A DNA stretch of 64,000 nucleotides from a virus, in IMG/VR virus record IMGVR_UViG_3300027971_000028, positions 69,337-133,336 of that record. The stretch is one strand, 5' to 3'. Of the stretch, positions 43,760 through 51,606 are shown one piece after another. The translations under genes and the position numbers were made by a program. The notes beneath the pieces are model-generated. The model did no database searches and was not told the DNA's origin. It was given only the letters and a program-made list of their open reading frames with translations. How positions within the stretch are numbered: position 1 is the first letter of the stretch; each line of letters opens with the position of its first letter.

Positions 43760-43921
43760 GGATATACGTAGGTAGGTTTCTTGTAGCGTAGGTTTTAATT
43801 ACGCGACCAGCTTGTCCAATCATGGGCTATAACTCGCATCCCACGTATATCCTTGCCCATTGTTATAGGTTTCCAACGTCTTCAGTCTTTTGCTGAAGTA
43901 CGGGGCTCATCGCAACCCCTA
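43760..43921 (-). ncRNA. Candidate structured non-coding RNA
   Basis: Five complementary pairings in a convergent intergenic gap; G-U wobbles favour the minus strand; no family recognised. Confidence 0.35.
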
Positions 43922-43935
43922 TCGGTAAAAGAATA

Positions 43936-44091
43936 CTACAGTTCTTTTACAAGTTTGGCAATATATGCAATAACCTCGGAAGGACGCCAAGAACTATCAA
44001 CTTCAAGTTCTGCTATTTGAACAGCCAGTGCTTTCTTATCTACATGATTATCAAAACAGCCCCAGCCGTATTTAGGCTCTAATTCATTCAT
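43936..44091 (-). CDS. Small hypothetical protein (51 aa)
   Basis: MNELEPKYGWGCFDNHVDKK...; ATGA overlap with the upstream stop. Confidence 0.55.
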   Translation of the reverse strand: MNELEPKYGWGCFDNHVDKKALAVQIAELEVDSSWRPSEVIAYIAKLVKEL

Positions 44092-44636
44092 AATCTTTTT
44101 CCTATCCACTCAACTACATTTGCTGTAACCGCGTTTCCCATTTGTTTATACCTAGCCGAATCTGATTGATCCCCAGTCCAATCATCTGGAAATCCTTGTA
44201 ATCTCTCGCACTCCTTAGGAGTAAGTCTTCTGACTGTTGTTGAGAAACTAACTGCTTGATGTGAAATTGTGTCAACGGTATATGCAGGAGCACCAGCCTG
44301 TGCTACTCCTAGCCCGTTTTGTTTTTTATCAAGTTCTCTAGCATCTTGAATTGGTGTAACTGATACAGCGTGAGCAGAGGATGTGTCTACAGTAAACATT
44401 GGATCTTCCACTTCACCATATCCTTTCCCTTGAGGACCAGCAGTATCTGCTCTACCAATTACAGTGTTTTGAATAGAGTGAACAATTGTTACTACTGCTC
44501 TAGAGTCTCCGCTGTTATCAAAAGCATTCAAGGTAGGACAAATAACTTTCTCACGCCAAACTTCTGGTGGCAATGTTCCATCTTCATACCTTGCACCACT
44601 TCTAATTACTTTGACGAACCACGATGTCTGTAACAT
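44088..44636 (-). CDS. C5 DNA methyltransferase C-terminal subunit 1 (TRD-like region + terminal motifs)
   Basis: VRRLTPKECERLQGFPDDWT..RYKQMGNAV; repeated P(M/A)(F/Y)TVDT TRD-like blocks. Confidence 0.8.
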   Translation of the reverse strand: MLQTSWFVKVIRSGARYEDGTLPPEVWREKVICPTLNAFDNSGDSRAVVTIVHSIQNTVIGRADTAGPQGKGYGEVEDPMFTVDTSSAHAVSVTPIQDARELDKKQNGLGVAQAGAPAYTVDTISHQAVSFSTTVRRLTPKECERLQGFPDDWTGDQSDSARYKQMGNAVTANVVEWIGKRL

Positions 44637-45330
44637 CTTTATAGTCCCTCGCTTTCAAAGTAGATGAAACAGTATCTACTTCGTAATCTCCGAAGCCTCG
44701 CATCCTTGCAACAGTGCTTTTTCCAGCGCTGGTGGAAGAGTTTTTCCGCGACGAGTTGCTCGACGCATTATTCCTTCGCATGCTTTCGGACTCAATAAGT
44801 ATCGGGGACTTACTTCTGTCTCTAGTACTTCCAACAATGAAGACTCGACGGCGTCGTTGGGGGACTCCGAAGAATTGCGAATCCAAAACTCGCCATTCGA
44901 TGTGGCTATACCCTGAGTTGGCCATTTCAGAGATGACGACTCCAAAATCGCGTCCTTCGTTGCTTGATAAAAGTCCTGGCACATTTTCCAAGACGATAGT
45001 GTGTGCTTTGACTTCTTGCGCAAATCGTATTGCGTCCCAGAAGAGTCCACTTCTTGCCCCAGCGATACCAGCACGCTTTCCAGCGACGCTAACATCTTGG
45101 CACGGGAATCCTCCGCAGACAATGTCAACTTTTCCAATTAAGTTAATCTCCTTTGCCCACTCGATGGCGGTCTTAACATCATCATGTAATGGGATGTCAG
45201 GCCAATGTTTTTTTAATATCTTCTGAGCATTCTTATCTATTTCTACTTGACCAACGCATGTATGTCCTGCTTTTTCAAAGCCAAGATCAAAACCACCAAC
45301 GCCAGCAAATAAAGAAACAAATGTGCTCAC
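44602..45330 (-). CDS. C5 DNA methyltransferase catalytic subunit (motifs I-VIII only)
   Basis: FAGVGG, GGFPCQD, LENV, QRRRRVF; lacks GNAV. Confidence 0.9.
   Translation of the reverse strand: MSTFVSLFAGVGGFDLGFEKAGHTCVGQVEIDKNAQKILKKHWPDIPLHDDVKTAIEWAKEINLIGKVDIVCGGFPCQDVSVAGKRAGIAGARSGLFWDAIRFAQEVKAHTIVLENVPGLLSSNEGRDFGVVISEMANSGYSHIEWRVLDSQFFGVPQRRRRVFIVGSTRDRSKSPILIESESMRRNNASSNSSRKNSSTSAGKSTVARMRGFGDYEVDTVSSTLKARDYKDVTDIVVRQSN
44676..45137 (-). CDS. Alternative-frame MTase beta polypeptide (M.EcoHK31I-beta-like), nested in the catalytic gene
   Basis: SSLLEVLE..RYLLSPKACEGIMRRATRRGKTLPPALEKAL; same strand, different frame. Confidence 0.7.
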   Translation of the reverse strand: MEKLTLSAEDSRAKMLASLESVLVSLGQEVDSSGTQYDLRKKSKHTLSSWKMCQDFYQATKDAILESSSLKWPTQGIATSNGEFWIRNSSESPNDAVESSLLEVLETEVSPRYLLSPKACEGIMRRATRRGKTLPPALEKALLQGCEASEITK

Positions 45331-45608
45331 AAGCGACTACCTAACCATGTTGCAACATTTACAGTTACAGCATTACCTAGTTGTTTATACCTATGCGTAT
45401 CCGCTTCGGTACTAGTCCATCCTAAAGGAAACCCCTGCAGAGTCTCGCACTCTTCAGGGGTGATTCTTCTAATATTTTCTCTAGCAACCATGGACATATT
45501 TAACCCACCAGTTCCCATAAAACTGGTGAGCGTATTTATCGTATCTCCTTGAATCCTAAAGCCATCTGACCTGTGAGGATGAAAAACAATTACCTCTTCT
45601 TGGCTCAA
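45327..45608 (-). CDS. C5 DNA methyltransferase C-terminal subunit 2
   Basis: IRRITPEECETLQGFP.GWT..RYKQLGNAV; GTGA-coupled to the catalytic gene. Confidence 0.8.
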   Translation of the reverse strand: MSQEEVIVFHPHRSDGFRIQGDTINTLTSFMGTGGLNMSMVARENIRRITPEECETLQGFPLGWTSTEADTHRYKQLGNAVTVNVATWLGSRL

Positions 45609-46228
45609 GACTGCAAGACGTATCTGTTTTTATCTAAGATTGGTTGGTAGCAAACGCTCTTTCCATCATGATTAGTTATGTAGCCATATCTAGCCATACG
45701 AAAACGTAGAGCACTTGGAGAGACACCTAAGCGCTTACCTAAGTGACGAACACTTACACCTTCAACGGTAATAGCATGGTTAATCAACTTAGTGTATTGC
45801 TCTGCCTCTTTACGGAAATTAGGAGAGTGTGAGCGTACCTTTTGAGCAATAGGCTTAAGTTCTAACAACTTAGATAGAGTTTTTTCTGAAGGCTCGGTTA
45901 GAACTTTAGGTTGCTTAACCGCTTTCATAGGAAGTTCTGGAACATAGAAGTCAACAGAGATCTTAGAAGAACTTAAATGTTTGTAATGTCCTTCAACAAT
46001 TTGTCGAACTCTTTCTCTAGTAGTGATGCCTGATGCGTCCGCAATACTTTGAAGACTCCAGAAGGCTGATCTTAACTTTTTAATATAGGCGTTGCGAAGT
46101 TCTAAGTCATCACCTATCTTTTTAAAATTCTTATATACCTCTTGTGGCAATTTTGCATTGGTCTTTGTATATCCTTTAGGGGTCTTCATCTTTACTACCT
46201 TTTCTCTCTCGTTTGTCATTAGATGCAA
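45605..46228 (-). CDS. HTH DNA-binding protein
   Basis: WSLQSIADASGITTRERVRQI and SVRHLGKRLGVSPSAL. Confidence 0.7.
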   Translation of the reverse strand: MHLMTNEREKVVKMKTPKGYTKTNAKLPQEVYKNFKKIGDDLELRNAYIKKLRSAFWSLQSIADASGITTRERVRQIVEGHYKHLSSSKISVDFYVPELPMKAVKQPKVLTEPSEKTLSKLLELKPIAQKVRSHSPNFRKEAEQYTKLINHAITVEGVSVRHLGKRLGVSPSALRFRMARYGYITNHDGKSVCYQPILDKNRYVLQS

Positions 46229-46322
46229 ATAGTATCAGGGCCTTTACAAAAAGTGCAAACTGGGTATCTTCCTGACTTTTTAAGCGTTTGACAAAGGGTA
46301 TCTAGGCTTATACCCTATCTAC

Positions 46323-46442
46323 ATGGCTAAAAAAGATAAGTTTTATGACGAGGCAGCAGGTCCTACCTTATTTAGAATCTTTTTAAGAGCCTTGGTAATT
46401 GCAGTAATTATGTGGTTAATTCAAAGAATTGGTAACTCTTAA
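46323..46442 (+). CDS. Small membrane protein (39 aa)
   Basis: MAKKDKFYDEAAGPTLFRIFLRALVIAVIMWLIQRIGNS; TTGACA and an AGGGTAT-N8-ATACCCT palindrome upstream. Confidence 0.5.
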   Translation: MAKKDKFYDEAAGPTLFRIFLRALVIAVIMWLIQRIGNS

Positions 46443-46447
46443 GAGTA

Positions 46448-46648
46448 TTACTCTTTAGATTCTCCGTTATATAAAGAAACAGCATCAACAAGATTAGTAA
46501 CTCTACTTGTTACGTATCCGCCTTCTTTATCTAACTTATCTTTAGCAGCCTGCTCATTCTCTGCAAGAACTTGAACAACCATAGTTACTGCATAGGTATA
46601 GCACTTAGTTGAATCTTTTTCCTTTGTCTTTGTATCTTGCTTTGCCAT
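46448..46648 (-). CDS. Hypothetical protein
   Basis: 66-aa ORF, GAGGGA RBS, behind module F. Confidence 0.65.
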   Translation of the reverse strand: MAKQDTKTKEKDSTKCYTYAVTMVVQVLAENEQAAKDKLDKEGGYVTSRVTNLVDAVSLYNGESKE

Positions 46649-46683
46649 TTGAGTCCCTCTTTCATAGGAGTTATTACTTGAAG

Positions 46684-46760
46684 GATAGCAGATAAAGTGC
46701 GATTTTTCAGGCGCCCTGTCCGTGATAGGAGGCAGAGGAAGAGATTAGGAGGGGGAGGGG
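46684..46760 (-). repeat. Cassette module copy F (degenerate core)
   Basis: ACGGACAGGGCGCCTGAAAAATC at 46701-46723; C/T tract closely matches copy A. Confidence 0.7.
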
Positions 46761-46806
46761 TGCATGCTTTTTGAGGCGTCTTTACGAGACATAAAAACGT
46801 TGGTTA

Positions 46807-47709
46807 TTAAATAGTAGTATATCCGTAATAAATGATCTGCGATGCGCCACTGGTATTAGCAATTGTAAAGTCAAACCTATTACTACTTGTACCCGAGTAT
46901 GTAGCGTCTGTGCTAATAGTACCTGCTACTCCTCTAATCTGATTAGGTATGGCAGTTAATGAAATAGGACTTCCGCCGCCAGTGTAGTTCCAAGCATATT
47001 GATATCCTATTGCTGCTACATTAGCATTTGACACACTGGCTGTAGCGTTCCAAACTATAATACCGTTAGGTATATTTCCCTTGACCCACATGGTGTATGT
47101 GCCACCACTTGGAACTTCAAAATTGTAGGTGTTAGTGCCTGTGGCAATAGTCCATGAGCCTGTAGTAGCAGCTGAACCTGTAGCACCAGTAGGTCCAGTA
47201 TTTCCAGTAACACTTGCACCTGTTACACCTGTATTACCAGTTGCTCCCGTTGCACCAGTCTGACCAGTTGCACCAGTGTTACCAGTGCCAGTTGGACCAG
47301 TTGCACCTGTACTTCCTATATTACCAGTTGCTCCTGTTGCACCTGTCTGCCCTGTTTCACCTAACGCACTGCTCGACGACTCCAGCCAAAATCCGTCGTA
47401 GTACACAAACATAGTTGCAGAGTTAGGATCAAACCAAACGTCACCTGTTTCAGCACCTGTTGGAGCTGTAGTTTCAGCGGTAGAGAATACTCCGTTGTCT
47501 CCTGTTGTGCCCGTTGCTCCTGTGTTGCCAGTTGGACCGTTTGTTCCAGTTACGCCTGTTGCACCGTTTGTTCCAGTTGCACCAGTTGCGCCTGTGCTAC
47601 CGACCGCACCTGTTGGTCCAAGCCATACCGTGCCATTCCAACGCCAAGTAATTGATCCGGATGAGAACGTTTGATTTAACGATGGGGAATCCGGGAAGTT
47701 AATTGGCAT
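46807..47709 (-). CDS. Short collagen-like fibre (chimeric)
   Basis: [16 protein letters not shown]-module, GXT runs, GDVWFDP..YYDGFW module, distinct C-terminal head. Confidence 0.8.
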   Translation of the reverse strand: MPINFPDSPSLNQTFSSGSITWRWNGTVWLGPTGAVGSTGATGATGTNGATGVTGTNGPTGNTGATGTTGDNGVFSTAETTAPTGAETGDVWFDPNSATMFVYYDGFWLESSSSALGETGQTGATGATGNIGSTGATGPTGTGNTGATGQTGATGATGNTGVTGASVTGNTGPTGATGSAATTGSWTIATGTNTYNFEVPSGGTYTMWVKGNIPNGIIVWNATASVSNANVAAIGYQYAWNYTGGGSPISLTAIPNQIRGVAGTISTDATYSGTSSNRFDFTIANTSGASQIIYYGYTTI

Positions 47710-47728
47710 AAGGCTCCTTAAAAGATAG

Positions 47729-47802
47729 TCAATTATATCTTGAATTTAAAATGCGTTTTTTCGCGCTCTCTTTCCGTAAGAGGAAGCGGAAGAGAGGGGG
47801 GG
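47729..47802 (-). repeat. Cassette module copy G
   Basis: Core ACGGAAAGAGAGCGCGAAAAAAC at 47755-47777; TATAAT 17 bp later. Confidence 0.85.
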
Positions 47803-48300
47803 TTAGGAGTTTTTGATTCCGTATAGGTGAAAGGTTGAACTGGTTTCAAAATTTCCACTAAGTTTTACAGAAGTTATTGCTGAAGTATTAGACCATAAAC
47901 CAGCGGCTAACATAGTATACGCTTCATTATTTGCGTTATTTTCTGAAACAGAATCAATTGAAATTGATTTATGTTGTGAACCAGTATAGTTTGTAATATA
48001 AATTTGAACATTTCCAAATGTGTTTGCAGTAGCAGATGATTTTGGCAAACCTACTAAAACTACATTGCCACTGTAAGACCCATTAGTTACTGAACCATTT
48101 TCTCCCCAAACCCATCTGCCCTGTAAATTAGCGCTGCTTCCATTTATTTCTGAAATTTCTGAGTCAGGTGAACCAGTTGTGCTACGGGCAGACATTAAAA
48201 TACATAAATGAGTATAGGTTGCAGGTATTGAAGTAAATGTAACACTCGCGGCTGAACTACCTAAAGTATTAGCCTGTATCAAAGTAAATGTATTTGCCAT
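47803..48300 (-). CDS. Triad 2 subunit C
   Basis: VTFTSIPATYTHL, FGNVQIYI.NY, SVSENNA, FHLYGIKNS. Confidence 0.72.
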   Translation of the reverse strand: MANTFTLIQANTLGSSAASVTFTSIPATYTHLCILMSARSTTGSPDSEISEINGSSANLQGRWVWGENGSVTNGSYSGNVVLVGLPKSSATANTFGNVQIYITNYTGSQHKSISIDSVSENNANNEAYTMLAAGLWSNTSAITSVKLSGNFETSSTFHLYGIKNS

Positions 48301-48800
48301 TATGCAGTCAAAATTCCGTAGAGTGAAAAGGTTGAGCCTGAATCAAAATTTGAAGCACTTGTAGGAGTTAATACTATAGAAGTAATTGCCGCTGTATTTC
48401 TCCAAACACCTGCATAAGCAATTGTTATTGTTGAGGCAGCACTACCTCTTGATAAAACATTTTTGTAAGTTGTAGTGTTTGAATAATTTTGAAAGTGAGT
48501 TATGCCAGCAGCATACTCTGTTGCGTGATGTCGTGCAATAAGAACTCCACTTGAATTATTGGTACTACCTGAAGACGCACTTGACCCAGTGCCATAAACA
48601 TATACTGTTGAATAATTACTACCTGTGTCAGAATTAAATTGACACGTTATATCATTGGTGTCTGCAGAGATATCACTTGATGCTGATGTTATTAAAATTA
48701 AATCAGTATAACTTCCGCTAATACTAGAGAAGGTAATGCTTGAGGCAGGACTACTCAAAGTATTTGTCGCTATTGGTTCGTATGTTCCGCCTGCAGCCAT
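48300..48800 (-). CDS. Triad 2 subunit B
   Basis: YEPIATNTL, ITFSSI, NYSNTTTYK, WRNTAAITS, FSLYGI. Confidence 0.72.
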   Translation of the reverse strand: MAAGGTYEPIATNTLSSPASSITFSSISGSYTDLILITSASSDISADTNDITCQFNSDTGSNYSTVYVYGTGSSASSGSTNNSSGVLIARHHATEYAAGITHFQNYSNTTTYKNVLSRGSAASTITIAYAGVWRNTAAITSIVLTPTSASNFDSGSTFSLYGILTA

Positions 48801-48802
48801 TG

Positions 48803-49405
48803 TTATACCCCCTTAATTCCGTAGAGAGCAAGTTGTGAGTACTGTTTGAAAGGTGATGAAGTACCAAGTGCTTCTATAGTTATAGAGGTTATAGCACTGG
48901 TGCTTGTCCATAGGCCAGACTTAAATGACACGCTTGAAGCGTTGTAACCATTAATTGTATTTGCATTTGTACTTATTCCTTCTATAGTTCTAAGAACTTT
49001 ATTTTTATTTGTAGAGCTATAATTCAAAATTTCTGTAATGAATGTACCAAAAAATGGTGCAGCAGCAACGCCTGGTATGGCGCTTAAATAAAGGAAATCT
49101 CCTAACCCCTCTGTAGCAGCATATGCACGAGGGGGAGAATCGTTAATACTGGATCCTAAAATATGGTCTCTATAGTTTGAGCCTGTATCACTGTTAAATC
49201 TAAGAGTTCCATATCCACTTGGTTGTGGACCTGGTCTACTACCTTGCAATATCCCTCTTATCTGCAGATGCATAAAAGTTTGTGGTATTGAACTAAAGGT
49301 AATAGTTGATTGACCACCCGCGCCTACTGTTGTTGTTGCAATAGACTCGAAGGAGCCAAAGGATTTGCCTGAAAACTGCGAAGCAATCGTACCTAGAATA
49401 TTCAC
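48803..49405 (-). CDS. Triad 2 subunit A
   Basis: MNILGTIASQ leader, FSSIPQTFMHLQIRG, ALYGIKG. Confidence 0.72.
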   Translation of the reverse strand: MNILGTIASQFSGKSFGSFESIATTTVGAGGQSTITFSSIPQTFMHLQIRGILQGSRPGPQPSGYGTLRFNSDTGSNYRDHILGSSINDSPPRAYAATEGLGDFLYLSAIPGVAAAPFFGTFITEILNYSSTNKNKVLRTIEGISTNANTINGYNASSVSFKSGLWTSTSAITSITIEALGTSSPFKQYSQLALYGIKGV

Positions 49406-49427
49406 GCGGCTCCTAATGAAAGATAGT

Positions 49428-49519
49428 TAATTGTATCGCAGAAAGTAAAAGTTTATTTTTTCGCGCTCCCGTTCCGTAAGAGGAAGAAGAGACGGAAAAA
49501 AGGGGAGGGAGGGGGGGGA
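49428..49519 (-). repeat. Cassette module copy H
   Basis: Core ACGGAACGGGAGCGCGAAAAAAT at 49455-49477; TACAAT; G4/G3/G8 runs on the + strand. Confidence 0.8.
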
Positions 49520-49855
49520 TTAAGGTCCGAATGTCCAAGCGTTAACTGACCCTTTTTTTGCTTTTGCATAAAGAAAATCTTTTTCTGCTTGTATGCCTAC
49601 AATTCTAAATGTCATTTGATTTATGTTTGAAAGATTAATAATTCCTTTACCGTTGCGAACTAAAGAAAATTTAATGTTTTCATATGCATTATCTTCTGAT
49701 GTAGCAAATGTTCCAAACGTTATGTCTCCTGGAGCAAGTGGGTGAGACCCTAACATTAAGTATTGTCTTAATTCTTTTTCATCTTCTTTTTTCATCTCTA
49801 AACCCCTATCACTTCCTACGCTAATCATTTCGGTCATGGGCAGAAGTATACACAT
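49520..49855 (-). CDS. Hypothetical protein flanked by modules H and I
   Basis: 111-aa ORF; true start uncertain. Confidence 0.55.
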   Translation of the reverse strand: MCILLPMTEMISVGSDRGLEMKKEDEKELRQYLMLGSHPLAPGDITFGTFATSEDNAYENIKFSLVRNGKGIINLSNINQMTFRIVGIQAEKDFLYAKAKKGSVNAWTFGP

Positions 49856-49939
49856 ATCTTGTAAAAATGCGTTTTTTCGCGCTCTGTGTCCGTGATAAGA
49901 ATCGGCGGAAAGGATTAGAGGGGGGAGGTAGGGATAAGG
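49845..49939 (-). repeat. Cassette module copy I
   Basis: Core ACGGACACAGAGCGCGAAAAAAC at 49871-49893. Confidence 0.8.
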
Positions 49940-50467
49940 TTAGGAGTTTTTAATTCCGTAAAGTTCAAAGGTTGAATTTGCTACAAAATTGGTAGCTCCT
50001 GATGAAGCACAAAAAATGCTAACTGAAGTGATTGCTTCACTTCCACCATTAAATAAAACTCCACTCCAACTTAGAAAAGCATCAAATCCATTATTTTCTA
50101 CTACTGATTCCCCAAGAAAAGTGTGTGGTGTAGCGCTAGTATAAGATGGAATATAAATTTCGGAATTGCTAAAAGTGTTTGAAGTTGCAGGGTTTGAAGG
50201 TAGATCTCCAATAATTCTATAAGCAGCAGGGTTTTTGTTTGAGCCTGTGCCTGTAAGATAAGAGTACATACCTATCCAAGAATAACCAGTATTACTTACT
50301 TGTGAATTAAAACCAATAATAAGATTTTCTCTAAAAGCATCCACAGAACTACTTCTAGCACTTATCAAGATTTTCAGGTCAGTATAGGTTTGTGGAATGC
50401 TTGAAAAAGTAACAACATTTGCTGGGGTCGATATTGTCTGAGAGGCTATTTTAGTAAATGTTGCCAT
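49940..50467 (-). CDS. Triad 3 subunit C
   Basis: VTFSSIPQTYTDLKILISAR, FSNSEIYIPSY, FELYGIKNS. Confidence 0.72.
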   Translation of the reverse strand: MATFTKIASQTISTPANVVTFSSIPQTYTDLKILISARSSSVDAFRENLIIGFNSQVSNTGYSWIGMYSYLTGTGSNKNPAAYRIIGDLPSNPATSNTFSNSEIYIPSYTSATPHTFLGESVVENNGFDAFLSWSGVLFNGGSEAITSVSIFCASSGATNFVANSTFELYGIKNS

Positions 50468-50967
50468 TATGCCGCCTTAATTCCGTATAGTGTAAAACTT
50501 GAACCAGCCAAATAACTAGATGAATATGAAAAAAGTTCAATAGAGTTTATGACAGCCGTACTTCTCCAAGTGCTACAAAAACTAGTTATCTCTGCTAATC
50601 CTGTATTTGCGTATTTTGATAGAGATGTTTTCTTTGCTACTGTACTTGAGTAACTAAATATTTGAATTATGCCTGATGCAGTAATAGTATTTGGTAATTG
50701 TCCCGCTGCGTTTAATCCATAACCATGAGTCATATTAGTGTAGTTTCCACTAGCAGGAGCAGCAGTTCCTACTGCGTAAAAAACTGTTGAACTATAGTTT
50801 GATTCGCTATCGCCGTTATATCTTAAACCAACATTTGCTGGCCCTGTTTGACCAAGATTACAAACAATTACTAGATCAGTGTAAGTAGATGGGATAGAAG
50901 AAAAAGTAAGAGTTGTTGCTGGACTTGCCAAAGTATTAGTTGCTATTGGATCATATGTTACTGCCAT
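50467..50967 (-). CDS. Triad 3 subunit B
   Basis: YDPIATNTL, FSSIPSTYTDL, WRSTAVINS, FTLYGIKAA. Confidence 0.72.
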   Translation of the reverse strand: MAVTYDPIATNTLASPATTLTFSSIPSTYTDLVIVCNLGQTGPANVGLRYNGDSESNYSSTVFYAVGTAAPASGNYTNMTHGYGLNAAGQLPNTITASGIIQIFSYSSTVAKKTSLSKYANTGLAEITSFCSTWRSTAVINSIELFSYSSSYLAGSSFTLYGIKAA

Positions 50968-50972
50968 TTTAT

Positions 50973-51536
50973 TTACCCCTTAATTCCATAGAGAGCTACA
51001 GTTGTTCCAGCATCCCATTGGGCTGCCCCACCGAATTTTATGTTTAATGATGAAATTGCAGATTGATCTACCCATAAGCCTGACGTAAGCAAGATAGCAG
51101 AGTCGTTACTATTTCCATCTTTTCCTGAATAATTTCTAATTACTTTATTTTTAGTTGTACTTGTATAGTCTAAAATATCGCATACTTGAACTCCAAAAAG
51201 ATTTGCTGCTGATAGTGCAGCGGTGTCTGCTCCCCAATACATACCAAAAGATAGAGCACCAGAATCATAAGTTCCAATAGTAGTTGCGTTTCCATAAATA
51301 ACATGGGCTCTATAAGTACTTGATGATTGACCATTGAAATCTATATAACCACCAGCGCCAGTTGCAGAGTAAGTACTTCTGAACAAACCTCTTAATTGTA
51401 AATGCTTATATGTTTGTGGAATACTAGAAAACGATAGTATTGATTGTGAAGAAGTGAGAGTAATTGTGGCAATAGATTCGAAGGAGCCAAAAGGCTTACT
51501 CGAGAATTGCGAAGCAATCGTACCTAGAATATTCAC
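50973..51536 (-). CDS. Triad 3 subunit A
   Basis: MNILGTIASQ leader, FSSIPQTYKHLQLRG, DILDY, ALYGIKG. Confidence 0.72.
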   Translation of the reverse strand: MNILGTIASQFSSKPFGSFESIATITLTSSQSILSFSSIPQTYKHLQLRGLFRSTYSATGAGGYIDFNGQSSSTYRAHVIYGNATTIGTYDSGALSFGMYWGADTAALSAANLFGVQVCDILDYTSTTKNKVIRNYSGKDGNSNDSAILLTSGLWVDQSAISSLNIKFGGAAQWDAGTTVALYGIKG

Positions 51537-51606
51537 GGGGCTCCTAAAAGTATCTGCTAATTATAGCGTGTATTTTAAGTAGGGTAGATACATCTCCGGT
51601 ACTCTT

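Noticed and set aside
43864-43921. Hammerhead ribozyme (CTGAAGA...GAAAC on the minus strand)
   Set aside because: Stem II would be one base pair and stem I does not close next to the core
44714-45226. 170-aa plus-strand ORF antisense to the MTase
   Set aside because: No recognisable motifs; likely open because the opposite strand is already dual-coding
28537-49939. Cassette modules as CRISPR repeats or classical attC sites
   Set aside because: Separated by whole genes; no GTTRRRY boxes or long palindrome; no tyrosine integrase in the window
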